The notes beneath the pieces are model-generated. The model was given only the letters and a program-made list of their open reading frames with translations, did not search any database and had not been told where the DNA came from. The position numbers were made by a program, and so were the translations under genes. Source: Callorhinchus milii (taxonomy: Eukaryota). Taken from it: a stretch of 64,000 nt of DNA. Below are positions 27,484 to 40,900 of this stretch, one piece after another (the stretch's first letter is position 1; every line of letters begins with the position of its first letter). Location of the stretch: assembly GCF_018977255.1 (NCBI RefSeq), contig NW_024704742.1, forward strand, positions 40,302,001-40,366,000, read 5' to 3'.

Positions 27484-28411
27484 GACTGGTATTATTATGT
27501 TGGTAGAGTCTGGGGAACCCCCTGTTGTGGTGGTTGAGTCTAAGGACTATTTAAGGTTTTGCACATGCTCAATAAGAGATTTGTGACTGGCAGCAGTGTT
27601 GGATCTGTTTGAGCTGAGATCAAATGAAATCTTGATAACGTTTGCTTGGTATGTAGATTAATAATAATAATTAATTCCTTTTAGGACTGGGTAATGGTTG
27701 AGAACCCTTCCCTTACTTGGGAGAAAAGTTATATTAATCTGGAAAAAGACAAGTGAATTGTATCTAATTTCCCCTCTTGCTAATTTGGTGATGTGGGGGC
27801 TGCCCAAAGCCAGGAACCAGTGAGGTCAGGACAGTCCCCCCACCACCCAAGACAGATGGAATGAGTTGGGTTTCCCTGCAAAGAGAGGTGAAAAAAAAAT
27901 TCAATTACTTTTGTTCTCTCTCTTATTTCCTTTAGTCTCTCATTCCAGAAGTGATGTAGCAGTTGCATTTGCATTTATTTTCACTGCAGATTGCTGTTAG
28001 GTTTTGGTTGGATACCATGTGGGGGAGGGGAGAAGGGGGTTTAAAAAAAAATCTTGATGTTGTGTTGCAGAAATTACAGAAAATGTTGCAAAAATCCAGG
28101 CTTTCCCGCTGAAACCCTATCCACGAAGCTGATTAATGGAGAGCCCAGAGGATGGTTGAGCCAAGTACATAAAGAATGTAACAAATCTGCAACATACTGC
28201 AGAGCTTCCACACTGGCTGCCAGGATTTTTTTAAAAACCTGAAACAAATACATTTGGTGGCTAAAGTGCAGATTAAGAGTCTAATTGAAGGCAGCTGAGC
28301 AGAATTTGCAATAACCATTTATTTAAAAAGCTGACCTCCCACCAATTAAAAATGATGCGGATATTTTAGATCCTTACCAGGATCTGGAGGAGATGTTGCC
28401 TGACATTTGCG

Positions 28412-28768
28412 TGGAGTCCTGTATCGTTGTGGTTAGCGTGCTCGCCTCGCAAGTAAGAGGACTTGGGTTTGATTCCTGGGCGGGGCAGAATGTTGGGCAG
28501 GTTTCCTTACTCCACACGCTTCGCAGTAAGTAGGAACTCGAATGTCAGTCGATTGGCAGATTGCTTTTCTGGGGGTTATAATCCCTCCAGAAAATATTAA
28601 TCAAACAAATTTGGTCACTGAATCCACGACTGTTTGCGGGACCCAATTGGCTGCTGTGTTTCGACCTCAAAAATACAGTCAATTCACTTAACAGTATGTT
28701 CTGTGAAGCGCTTTTAGACACCTTGAAGACGTATTAAGGCACTACATCAAATGCAAGGATTATTATAA
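28412..28768 (+). mobile_element. tRNA-Ala SINE
   Basis: Same head, body and tail as 6461-6835. Confidence 0.88.
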
Positions 28769-30379
28769 TTCCAGTCTCTGTTGAGCACTCCGAGGATGTA
28801 GTTCCAAATAAGGACCAGGACGTAGACTCACCTGAGATCGCAGAAATTTGGTCCATGAATGAATTTGGCAGTCAGGCTCAAAATGTTTACGCTCAATTTG
28901 TAATCTCCACCAGTGGGGGAAAAAACAAGTTTTAATCAAACTTTCTGTTTAAATATAACAGACATATATATACATGCAGTACCTGCCCGAACAGCAAAAA
29001 GAAGAACGACTAGAATCAGGAGGAAGACAGAAGAGCCAAAATGAAAGAGAAGGGAGCTGAAGGTAGACAAGCCAAACCTCCGAGGGAGAAGCAAACCACA
29101 AAACCAGAAGCAATTTTAGTTGCAAACATTGGAGACTCGTGATATGATGTAGTCACATCTCATCATCACCGTACAAAATTACCTCTATGTACACATGGGC
29201 AGGACTCTGTGGGTTCCGCTTATGCTGATCAAAGAAGGGTAACTATTTTTTATTGCTCCTTATTGGTTTCCCCCTGTCTCCTCCTCCCAACCCAAAGTGA
29301 GTGGAAATTTCTACCACTGAAGAAAGCTACGTGGCTGTTTGGTACATTGCTGTGTGTAAATGGGCTGCCGCATTGACAGAGTGGTCTGACCTTTTGGCTG
29401 GCCCATCCCGGGTTCCCCATTTGAGAAAGGTCCGTGGTCACATACAGCCTGGGGCAGCTGGTAGCCTACGAGCCACATCAGGCCCGGCTGGTGATTTTAC
29501 CCGACCTGAGACCATGTCCAACTTTCCCTCCTTTCTTGGTGAACGTCCTCCCAGGGCAGTGGCAGGAGCTGGTATTTGGGATGAAACCACACTCTTCTCC
29601 CCCCCTCCCCCCCCACATACGGTCCCCCTCCCCCCCCACTTCGGCCCTCTCTCCCCCCCCACCTCGGCCCTCTTCCCCCCCGGGCCCCTCTTCCCCCCCC
29701 CCGTCCCAGCCCCCTCCCTCCCTGGGCCCCTCCCCCACCCTGGACCCCTCTCTCCCCACCCCCCACCCCTGCCCCTCTGGCCCGGCCCCCTCAGTTGCGA
29801 ACACAGAAGTCTTATAATGTGGCAACTCAGGCAACCAAGAAACAAGGAAATGGAGGCTGTATATATTGAGGGATAGAATACAGAAGCAAGAATGTGATGT
29901 TCAACTTGTATCCTGTTGAACTGTCAAACATTGCAATGTCCATCCTTGTGATTCCAGAATCCCTCTTTTTCTTTATTTTGGTAACAGAGATGTCCACGGC
30001 CGGAGACGAGTATTTCAGGGAGTGTCTGGAGCTTGGAGACTGGGTCGCCTTCTGTGTCAGCAACTATTTCATCAGAGGTGTTGACATCTTCTGCCCTACG
30101 TGACCTTCTGCTGAGATTGTCTTTCTTCCTCACCATAGAACAGAGGGTTCATCGATTGATGATGACATTGAGATGGGTAAATGCATGCTCACACATCTTC
30201 CCCAGCTTGTGTGACTCGGAGCTTCACGTGAACAGCAATTTAATCCCAGAGTGTATAATTGACATTTTTATACGGAGTATGTCTCAAAGCGTTTGACAGC
30301 TGGGGATCACACAAGCTAACGAGAATAGAAGTGTAATCGAAAGACCAGTTAAAGATGTGTCGTGAGGTGGGCAGAGTTG

Positions 30380-30885
30380 GAGGGATTCTGGGATGGATTT
30401 CCAGAGAATGGGAGCAGAATGCCTGAATGCTCACACACCGATGATGGGGCTGGCAACAGACTGGTGTGGTGTCTACTGAGGGAACGGAGCATTGTTATAT
30501 AGACATAGAAACAAGAGTAGGCTATTTAGCCCCTAGAACCTGTTCCACCATTTTATAAGATCATGGCTGATCTGTACCTCAAGTTCAGTTACCTGCCCTT
30601 GTCCCATATCCCTTAATACCCTGACCTAACCAATATTTATCTACCTTCATCTTGAAAATGTGAATGGATCCAATATCCACAGCCTTTTTGGGTAGAGAGT
30701 TCCAGATTTCCACTACCCTGTGGATGAAAAACTAAGTCCAATCTAAGGAGCAGTCATGTCATTAGGGTTGCAAGAGTGCTTTGTACGTGGCGAGGCCGTG
30801 AAGGGAATTGAATACGAGGATCTTGAATTTGATTTGCTGGGCGATGGGAAGCCAATGTAGCTGAGTGAAGATGGGGTGATAGGCT
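30380..30885 (-). mobile_element. Old L2 fragment with a nested CR1 3' end (copy 1 of a local duplication)
   Basis: L2 frame LHWLPIAQQIKFKILVFNSLHGL at 30762-30885; CR1 3' end at 30500-30730. The same composite recurs at 33530-34610. Confidence 0.75.
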
Positions 30886-31916
30886 TGTGGAGAGAGGTTC
30901 AGAGGCACAGGCTGGAATCTGTTTTCCTGTTGGACAGGTTGTGGCAGAACATTGCACAGCTCGGGAAATGCACCTACATTATGGTTATCACTTTCTGCAA
31001 AGCTTTCCAACTAGTGCTTCATGAAAACCATGAATTTGGAGTTGCAGGAATAACTCTATTCAAAGGCCCTTCACTCTGATGTTTTTTGATCCTTGGTGAA
31101 GTGAACGAAGAAAGCTTAGAATTCCTGGTGGGGTCAGATGTAGGGACATTGACGATGTTGGTGTCCAATGGGATTTCTCCATTAGAATCCTACCTGTGAA
31201 TGCTGCTACAGATAGCGGTGAAGGGCATTTCAACCTTGGAGTATCAAAGCCTGATTCAGTAGTCAGTTCAATACACGTAGGGTGGTGGTAATGTAAAATT
31301 TTCTGCCACAAACTGGAGTCCGCCACAAGTCATTCGGGCAGACAATCAAAGTTACCTTTATTTTTTTTAAAAAAGGAGTACAGATAGATTGGCAATCTAT
31401 TCTTCACAAACAGGATTGTGAGAGTGTGCAATACACTACCCCAGAAGGAAATTTGAATTTGTAGTATCAGAGGGTTGACAAGGTTTGTAGAGAAATATTC
31501 TCTTTTGTGATCTAACGAATGGAGGTGTCAGAAGAAGAAGCGTTTGCTCTGGTATGGGACAGAAGTTACACATTTTCTGATTGTTGTATGAACCACATTT
31601 GCTGGACACCAAGTGAGGTACACTGTGAAGACTGCAGGAGACAAATTGGCTGGCATGGTGAGCATATAGGCCAAAACAGTGAAGTGGTGCATTTTGGTCT
31701 AAGTATGGGGTGTGGGGGCAGCAGTTTATATGGGGAGATGACTATTCTGGGGATGCAAAGGAAGCTGAGGTGGTAGGAATCCACTGTGTGTAGATGTCGT
31801 GAATGCTGAACTCTGCAAAATGTAATGGAATAATATGTTAATTTTAGAGCTTGTAACGATAGCAAGGTTGTTTCTGGAGTTAGAAGAATTTTTGGAGGCA
31901 GCGCATTGGTGACTTG

Positions 31917-32287
31917 TGGAGTCCTGTAGCTTAGTGGTTGGAGCACTCGCCTCGCAAAGAGAGGACCTGGGTTTGATTCCCACCAGGGCAAAATGTTGGT
32001 CAAGTTTCCTTTACCCACATGCCTCTGTTTACCTAGCAGTAAGTAGGAACCCAGTTGTTAGTCGATTGGTGGATCGCTTTTCCGGGGATGATAATTCCTT
32101 CAAAAAATAATAATTTAGTCACTCAATCCATGGCTGTTTATGGGACACTGCTCTGCGCAATTGGCTGCTGCGTTTCGCCCACAAAATACACAGTTAATTC
32201 ACTTGACAGTGTATTCTGTGAAGCGCTTTGAGACGTCTCGAAGACGTAATAAAGCGCAATATTAAATGGAAGGATTATTTATTATTG
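31917..32287 (+). mobile_element. tRNA-Ala SINE
   Basis: Same head, body and tail as 6461-6835. Confidence 0.9.
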
Positions 32288-33529
32288 TTCTCATCAGTCT
32301 CCAGATCATAAGATTGTTTCAGATGAAAAGGCCCTTCAGCCCATTTGAGGTTATCCTTCCAGAATTCCCATTCTGCTGTCTTCCAAAACAGCAACAAGCT
32401 GTTTTTGAATGAGTAGTGTCCTGCCTTCAACCACCCTTCCCAGTAATCTGTTCAAGTCACTAATTACTTATGACTAAAGAAATAGTTCCTGGTGTCTGTT
32501 CTGTAATTGCCTTTTGTCACTCTAGACCTGTGCCCTCTTGTTCTTTTGGTGGATCAGAAAGTATTGTTGTGTTTACTTTCTCGATCCAATTTTAAAATCT
32601 CATATACCTACAAATATGCAGTCCCTACAATATCGCTCCCCAGCCCCCCACCACCAAAGTGACGTAGGTACAGATCTACGAATCATAGCTCAACCAACAA
32701 AGATTTAATCTTCAGGGGAGGGGTGTAAACCCCCACACAAAAAAAAACATGAACGTAGAGGGCTGCAGGCATCTGGGTTTACAATCAGTGCCTGCACTCC
32801 CTCTTGCATGCCTACGACCTTTCCATCTCCTGCCCTTCTAACCATTAACCAACCTCGGGTCAGCCATGTGGCTTAACCCTCAGATCTCCTTGGGTTCAGC
32901 ATCTCTGCCATGCAATCCAGCTTTGGGTGTGTGGTCACCCCCTTTAAGAAGGTACAGGCTCCTTTCCTTGAGACTTCCTCCCCTGAGGTCCCAGTGCCTG
33001 CTACGTGGCCCCTCCTCAGTTTCGCCCATCCCAGGTTTTAGCTTCCTCGCCCATTGCCTCACAGGTGGGTGCTTCTTGTGCTTCTTGTACATGGCTGAGG
33101 GCACTTGCTCTCTCTCCCGGCCATTACTCAGGCTAAATGATCTCACATAAATGATTTCAAACTTGTTATAAAACTCATCTAGCAAACTTGGGCAGGGGTG
33201 CAACCCTAACAAGCTAAATAAAGAAATGAAGATTCATGGGAAGTCTCGGGCCCGATTAAACCTTTACAGCTCGCGGGTCGTAGGTTCGACACCCCTAGTC
33301 TAGAAGGTCCACCCTGAGATCCCTCCTTTCAAGACTAAAGAGCCTGAGCATGTCTAACCATTGTTCATAGCTCATTCCTCCAATACTGGAGATGAAGTTT
33401 GATCCCATCCATTTGTTTCCTATTCTTACTCCCAATCTGTAGCATCCTGCAGTACTCTCAACTGGTGCGCTATTGGGGTCAAACTCACACACCGGCACCT
33501 TGGTGTGTTGTTGGGGTCAGAGTGCCATA

Positions 33530-34610
33530 CAATGGGATTCTGGGATGGATTTCCAGAGAATGGGAGCAGAATGCCTTAAAAGCTCCCTCATTGATGATGG
33601 GGCGGGCAATGTGCTGGGGTGGTGTTTGCCGAGGGAAGGGAGCACAGATACATTGACAAAAAGCAGGAGTAGTAGCCCATCAAGCTTGTTCCACCATTTT
33701 TATAAGATCATGGCTGATCTGTACCTCAAGTCCAGTTACCTGCCCTTGCCTCATATCCCTTAATACCCTGACCTAACCAATATTTATCTACCTCCATCTT
33801 GAAAATGTGAATGGATTGAACATCCACAGCCTTTTGGGGGAGAGAGTTCCAGATTTCCACTACACTTTGGGTGAAAAGCTGCCTCCTAATTTCACTCCTA
33901 AATGGCCTAGCTCTAATTTTAAGACTATGCTCCTTGTTCTGGATTCCCCCATCAGAGGAAATAGTTTATCTGGATCTATCCCATCGAATGCCTTCATTAA
34001 ACCTCAGTCAGATCACCACTCATCCTTCTGAATTCAAGGGAAAAGAGAACAAATTTTGCAACCTGTCCGCATAATTTAACCCTTTAAATGCTCGTATAAT
34101 TCTGGTGAATGTGCGCTGTAACCCCTCCAGATCCAAAATATCCTTTCTGAGGTTCGGTGCTTAAACTGAACGCAGTACTCCAGATGGGGTCGGAACAAGG
34201 CACTATACAGCTGAAGCAACATTTTTTCTCCTTTATATTCCAGCCCCCTTGAGATCAATCCCATTAGCCTTTTTGATAACGTTTTGCACTTGTGAGCTTG
34301 TTTTTAGTGATTTTTGTACTTGAACACCCAAATCTCTTTGCTCCTCCACAGTTCTTAGAATATTTTCTAAATGGGGAGAAACTGTTTTGGTATTTTTGGA
34401 TCCATAGTGGATGACCTCACACTTGCCCACACTGAATTCCATCTGCCACAGTTTTGCCCATTCACTTAATCTATCTAAGTCCTATCTAAGGAGCAGTCAT
34501 GCCATTAGGGTTGCAAGAGTGCATTGTGTGTGGCGAGTCCGTGGAGGGAATTGAATACGAGGATCTAATTTGATTTGCTGGGGATGGGAAGCCAAAGTAG
34601 CTGAGTGAGG
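33530..34610 (-). mobile_element. Old L2 fragment with a nested CR1 (copy 2 of a local duplication)
   Basis: CR1 ORFs 34233-34442 (KCEVIHYG, EQRDLGVQV) and 34076-34264 (RPHLEYCVQF), flanked by L2 sequence. Confidence 0.85.
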
Positions 34611-34989
34611 ATCAGAAAGTATTGTTCACTTTCTTAATCCAATTTTAATATCTTGTATATCTGCAAATATACATATGCATTATGCTATACTATAACAACA
34701 GATAAGTGCCCCCCCCCGAAAAACATGGGCGCTATATAAGTGCAAGTTGTTGTTGTGAGCTAGAATTGTCGCTATTCTCCACTTTCCTCAGCTGTGTGTT
34801 TCTCTCTCTAGCCTCCTTCCGAGTTTTCTAGAAAACAGTCTTACACTGTATGTTCTTAAACAAACTGTATTAAATGTCATGCATAGAACAGCTCATACAT
34901 TAGGAATTTTTAGAGATCTGTTAGAAATTAGACTCAGACAGAATTTTGAATAATAAGTAAGCAAAGCTTTATTTTTCAATTGTATTCAA

Positions 34990-36616
34990 GCAACAACAAC
35001 AAGATTACATTTGAATAGCGCCTTTCACGTCAAGAGGACGTCCCAAGGTGCTGGACAGTGTACAGAATTTCAGACCCGAGCTGGGGTCAGGGCGGGAGAA
35101 GGGCAGGGAAGGGCAGGTGACCGATTTCACGGTCGAAGAGGAGGGTTTTGAGGCGGGACTTGAAGGAGGCTAAGGAGTGGGTGACGAGGAATGATTGGGG
35201 AATGGAATTCTGGAGGTTGGGGGCAGAGTGGCTGAAGGCTCTCCCACCAATGATGGGGCGGGTGGGTCAGGGGATGTGAAGCAGGCTGGAGCCGGCTGAG
35301 CGGAGGGAGCGGACGGGTTGGTAGGGGGTTAGGAGGTCGCACAGGTAGGCTATGGAGGGCTTTGTAGGTGAGGACCAGAATCTTGAACTGGGTCCTTTGA
35401 AGGATAGGGAGCCAATGGAATCGGGCGACAATAGGGGGAGATGGTGTCATGAAGTTTGGTGCGGGAGACGACACGGGCTGCAGAGTTCTGGATTATCTGC
35501 AGCCTGTGGAGGGAGAAGTTGGGAAGACCGATAAGAAGGGCGTTTGCATAGTCGAGCCTGGAGGTGATAAAGGCATGAACAAGAGTTTCAGCGGCCTGAG
35601 GGGTGAGGTAGTGGCGGAGTTGGGTGATGGTACGGAGGTGAGGGAAGGCAGAGCGGATCATGGCTTGGATGTGGGGAAGAAAAGACAGTTGAGGGCTAAA
35701 CAAGACACCCAGGTTCCTGACTGGCTGGTGAGTTGAAGTGTACAACCATGGAGGTTGATACTGCCAGAGCCTGAGGTGCTGAGGGGCTGGCGTGAGCCAA
35801 TCAGGAGGGCCTCAGTCTTGTTCACATTCAACTGTAGGAAATTTGCCCTCATCCAGGACTTGATGTCTTAAACGCAGTCTGTCAGGACAGCAGTGGTCCT
35901 GGAGTTGAGGGTGGAGGCAGAAAGATAGAGTTGGGTGTCATCCGCATACATGTGGAAGTTGACCCCATGTCTGTGGATGATGTCACCAAGGGGGAGCATG
36001 TAGATATTAAAGAGGAGAGGGCCAAGGACAGAGCCCTGGGGGACGCCAGACATGACAGTATGGGGGCTGGAGGAGAAACTGTTAGAAGCAACAAAGTGGA
36101 GATGGTGAGAGAGATAGGAATTGAACCAGACAAGGGCAGGTCCGCAAAGATTAAGTAAAGCGGAGAGGCGGTGTATAACGATGGAGTGGTCAACAGTGTC
36201 GAAGGTGTCAGAGAGGTCGAGGAGGACAAAGAGGCAGAGGGAGCCATGATCACAGTTGATGATGTTGGACAGGAGAGGGCCAGATGGAGGAGCTGGTAGA
36301 TGAGGAGAGAGGGGGAGATGGGATCAAGGGAGCAGGTGGTGGGTTTGAGTTTGTGAACGATGGCGATGAGGGAGGAGGGAGAGATAGGGTCGAAGCAGTA
36401 TAGTGGGGGGTGGTCATGAGAGAGGTAATGTTGGGGTGATGGTGGACGGGGTAGAGGTTGCTGAATGTATCCCCTCGATTTTGAATTCAAGGAAGTCCAG
36501 CATCTCCTCACAGTTGGAGCTTGAGGAGAGGATGGGCGAGGCATGGGAAGGTGGGCGGAGGAGATGGTTTGTAGTGGAAAAGAGAAGTCTGGGGTTGTCC
36601 ATTGCCTCCAAGATAA
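34990..36616 (-). mobile_element. L2 LINE copy A, 3' part
   Basis: [37 protein letters not shown]. Same subfamily as 712-2175. Breaks at ...VILEAMDNPRLLF and resumes at 44634. Confidence 0.93.
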
Positions 36617-37780
36617 CAACAAAAACAACTTGGATTTACATAGCGCCTCTGCGCCGGGCGGCATCTCAGAGTGCTTTACAGTAACGGATCCCAGGTCCGA
36701 GCCAGGGGGAGGGGGGGGGGGAAGGTGACCAAAGGCGCAGTCGAAAAGAAAGGTCTTCAACAGAGACCTGAAAATGGGAAAGGAGGGAGCGAGACAAAGG
36801 GAGTGAGGAAGGCAGTTCCAGAGCCTCGGGGCATAGTGGCTGAAGGCACGGCCGCTGAGGGTGGAGCGGAGGACTCGGGGGTCGAGGAGGAGTCCAGGCC
36901 CGGAGGAACAAAGGCAACGGGTTTTGTTTTGAGGAGAGAGGTCAGAGAGGTAGGGGGTTGCAGAGGAGTGCAGGAACTTGAATACATCTTAAAATCAATC
37001 CTCTCTGGGATTGGCAGCCAGTGCAGTCTGGCAAGCACTGGGGTGATCGGGGAGTGTAGTTTTGTGCGGGTGAGAATGCGGGCGGCAGAGTTTTGAATAA
37101 TTTGGACTTTATGGATGGTAGTGGATGGGAGACCGGCGAGGAGGGCGTTGGAGTAGTCCAACCGAGAGGTGACAAAGGAACAGACCAGGGTTTCAGCGGC
37201 TTTAGGGAAGAAGTATTGGCGGAGACGGGCAATGCGTCAGAGGTGGTAGACGGCAGTGCTGGTGAGGGACCGGATGTGGGGGAGGAAGGCTAATTGGGGG
37301 TCGAACCTGACGCCTAGCTTGTGTACGGATTTTTAGGGGGAAGTAGGGTAGGTGGAGGAGGTGAGAGCCATGAGATTTTAGACGTTGACGAGAGCCAAAG
37401 AGTATGGGTTCCGTCTTGTCAACGTTCAGCTGAAGGATGTTTGCGCTCATCCAGCTCCTGAGATCTGACAGAACATCAGGGGACTGGGGGTCGCAAAGAG
37501 AGGTGGAAAAATAGAGTCGGGTGTCATCTGCATACATGTGGAAATGTACCCCATGTCTATGGATGACATCCCCAAGAAGGAGCATGTAGATCAGAAAGAG
37601 GAGTGGGCCAAGGATGGATCCTTGGGGTACCCCACAGGTGACCGGGTGAGAGCGGGAGGAGAAGCCTTTTGTGCAGATGTACTGCTGGCGGTTTGTGAGG
37701 TAGGACTCGAACCAGGCGAGGGCGGTCCCATTGAGGTTGATGATGGAGGAAAGGCGGTGGAGGAGGACTGTGTCGAACAC
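36617..37780 (-). mobile_element. L2 LINE copy B, 3' part
   Basis: ORF 37202-37909 ([24 protein letters not shown]) and 36757-37161; (ttg)n tail at 36617. Confidence 0.92.
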
Positions 37781-37949
37781 GGGAGGCGGCGGCAGGACAC
37801 CACGGGGGAGGAGCCTGGGCCTACCTTCAGGGAGTATAAAGCTCGAGGCGGCAGAGAGTTCAGCTCGGTGGGGGGTGTGAGGGTGGAGCGCGGGAACCGT
37901 TGATGTCATAGATTAGATTCAGGCGCCCGCAAAAAAAAAAAAAAATCCT

Positions 37950-40900
37950 CTGCGCCCCCCCCTAGGGCTCGCATCAGGGAACACCATGTTCCTGTTGGGT
38001 TGGCTGCCCTAGCCTATGGGCTAATGTCGTCCACCTGACCGCTTGCTCCCGGTCCCCGCGTGCGCATTATGGCTGCCGCTCTGACCCGAGCCCCCTCAAC
38101 TCCTCCCTCCCTCCTTCCTCCCCCCAAACCCTCCACCCTCTGCATCTCTCCCACTCTGTCCTCTCTCTCCATCCCCCTCGCCTTCTATCCCCACTTGACC
38201 CTCCCACAACCTCCCTCTGTTCCAGCCTGAGACTCCTCCGCCGGGCTCACCGTGGCACTCGACATTGGCTGTCCAGCAGCAGCCACACCGACTGCCCCAT
38301 TCCCCACCACACTCGCCAGCCACCCCGGACACAGAGCCGGGGAGCCAACCTCTCATCCCCATCCCCCCCACCCCTGCCTCACATCCTAGACCCCCCTCCC
38401 TCCCCACACACCCTTCTGTCAACCGCTCCCTCCACATCGGACTACAAAACGTCCGCTCCCTCTGTAATAAGGCCCTGGTCATCAACGATCTCATCCTTGA
38501 TGAGAGCGTTGACATCATGGCCTTAACTGAAACCTGGCTCACCCCAGGCGACACCTTCCCCCTCACGGAGGCCACACCACCCGGCTACACCTCCCACCAC
38601 ATCCCTCGCCCCAACCGCCGTGGCGGTGGTGTAGCCCTTATCTCAAGGACACCACTTGCCCTATCCCCCTACTCCTCTGGCTCTTTCCCCTCTTTTGAGC
38701 ACCTCACCCTCTCCCACCCCTCCCATCTCTCACTCAAAATCCTCCTCCTCTACCGGCCCCCTAAAACCTCTCCCACCTCCATCTCCGACATTTCTACCCT
38801 CCTAACATCTCTCTGCCTCTGCTCTGATCGTCTCATCCTGGGCGACTTCAATTTGCACTTCACCCCCTCCTGCTCCACCTCCTCGGACTTCTCCCTCCTC
38901 TCGCTCAACCTCTCCCTCCACACCAACTCCGCCACTCACGTTCACGGTCACCCACTCGATTTGGTGATCACCCGGGGCCTCAGTGTCTCGGATGTCACCA
39001 TTCCTGATAAGGCTGTCTCCGATCACCACTTCATCTCCTTCATCACCTTCACCCCCCTCCCCACCTCCACCAGACCCACCACCATCTTCTACCGCCCCTG
39101 GAAGAAGTTACCCCCACAATCCCTAACCGCTGCCTTGGAGTCCTCTGAACTCCTCTCCCTCTGGCCTTCATCCCTCACTGACCCCTCTTCTGCTCTCACC
39201 CTCCTCCACAACACCCTCTCCTCCACACTCGACACTCTTGCCCCCATCACCTCCCGTACTGTCTCTTACTCTCGCTCCTCCCCCTGATTCACCACCCACC
39301 TCCGCTCGCTGAAGAGCCAGGTGCGGGCCGCTGAACGCACCTGCCTAAAATCTGGCCTAACGGTCCACCAGCAAATCTGGCTGAACCTCCTCAACTCCAC
39401 TCTCGCCTTGGCCAAGTCGTTCTTCTACTCTAGGATATTCCTGGAGGCAAAGAACAACACCAGGCTTCTGTTCTCCACCACATCCCGACTCCTCCGTCCC
39501 CCCCGCCACCGCGCGCAGGTCATCTCCTCCAACCTTCACTGCGAGGAGATGCTGGATTTCCTTGAATCCAAAATCAAGGGAATCCGCTCCGCGGTCACTG
39601 CCCCTCCAACTTCCACCCACCCCTTCCCTCCCACACTCCGACTCCTACCCATCCTCCCCTACACACCTTCGAACCCGTTTCCCCACCCTCTGTCACCAAC
39701 CTCATCCTGTCCTTGAAACCCACCACCTGCTCCCTTGACCCCATCCCCACTCCACTCCTTATCTCCCAGCTCCACCTCCTTGCCCCACTTCTCACAGACA
39801 CCATTAACCTGTCCCTCTCCTCTGGCTCTGTTCCCATTCCCCTCAAAACTGCCACCCTCACTCCCACACTGAAAAGACCCTCGCTTAATGCGTCGCAGCT
39901 ATCAAGCTACCGGCCCATCTCCAACCTCCCCTTCCTGTCCAAGGTTCTTGAAAGAGTCGTCGCCTCCCAGCTGCGCTCTTTCCTCTCCACACACTCACTT
40001 TTTGAACCCCTCCAGTCGGGTTTCCGTGGTGCCCACAGCATGGAAACCGCCCTGGTCAAGGTCACTACTGACAACTTGACCATCTGCGACCAGGGCTCCC
40101 TCTGCCTCCTCTCCCTCTGCCTCCTCGACCTATCGGCCGCATTCAGTGCGGTCGACCACTCTATCCTCCTCCACTGCTTGTCCTCCCACCTCAACCTTCA
40201 AGGCCCTGCCCTTGAGTGCTTTAGGTCCTACCTCTCCCACCGTCTTCATTTTGTCTCCGCTAACGGCTTTTCCTCCAGCCCCTGCCCTGTCTTGTGCGGC
40301 GTCCCTCAGGGCTCTGTCCTCGGTCCTCTTCTCTTCACCCTCTACATGCTCCCCCTGTGGTGACATCATCCGCAGACATGGGGTTAACTTCCACATGTAT
40401 GCGGATGACACCCAACTCTACCTTTCCTCCTCTACCCTCAACTCCACGACCACCGATGTCCTGACAGCTGCCTGTCCGACATCGAGTCCTGGACGAGAGA
40501 CAACTTTCTTCAGCTCAACGTGTGCAAAACTGAGGCCCTCCTGATTGGCTCACGTCAGCGCCTCCGCACCTCAGGCGCTGACACCATCAGCATCCAAGGC
40601 TGCACTCTCCACCTCTCAAAGCCAGTCAGGAACCTCGGCGTTCTGTTCGACCCTGAGCTGTCCTTTCTCCCTCATATCCGCGCCACAACTGTCACCGCCT
40701 TCCATCACCTCCGAAACATCGCCAGACTAGGGCACTACCTCACCCCTCACACTGCTGAAACTCTGGTCCACGCCTTTGTCACTTCAAGGCTGGACTATGG
40801 GAACTCTCTCCTCCCTCCACAAGCTGCAGGTCATTCAGAACTCTGCAGCTCGTGTACTGTCCCGCACCAGGCTTCGGGACCACATCACTCCCACCCTCGC

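Noticed and set aside
29301..29876. Pro/Gly-rich ORFs in several frames
   Set aside because: A C-rich low-complexity tract leaves frames open on both strands; no domain signal.
37955..38030. HDV-like ribozyme at the L2 5' end (gctaa motif)
   Set aside because: I could not form P1/P3/L3 with acceptable pairing.
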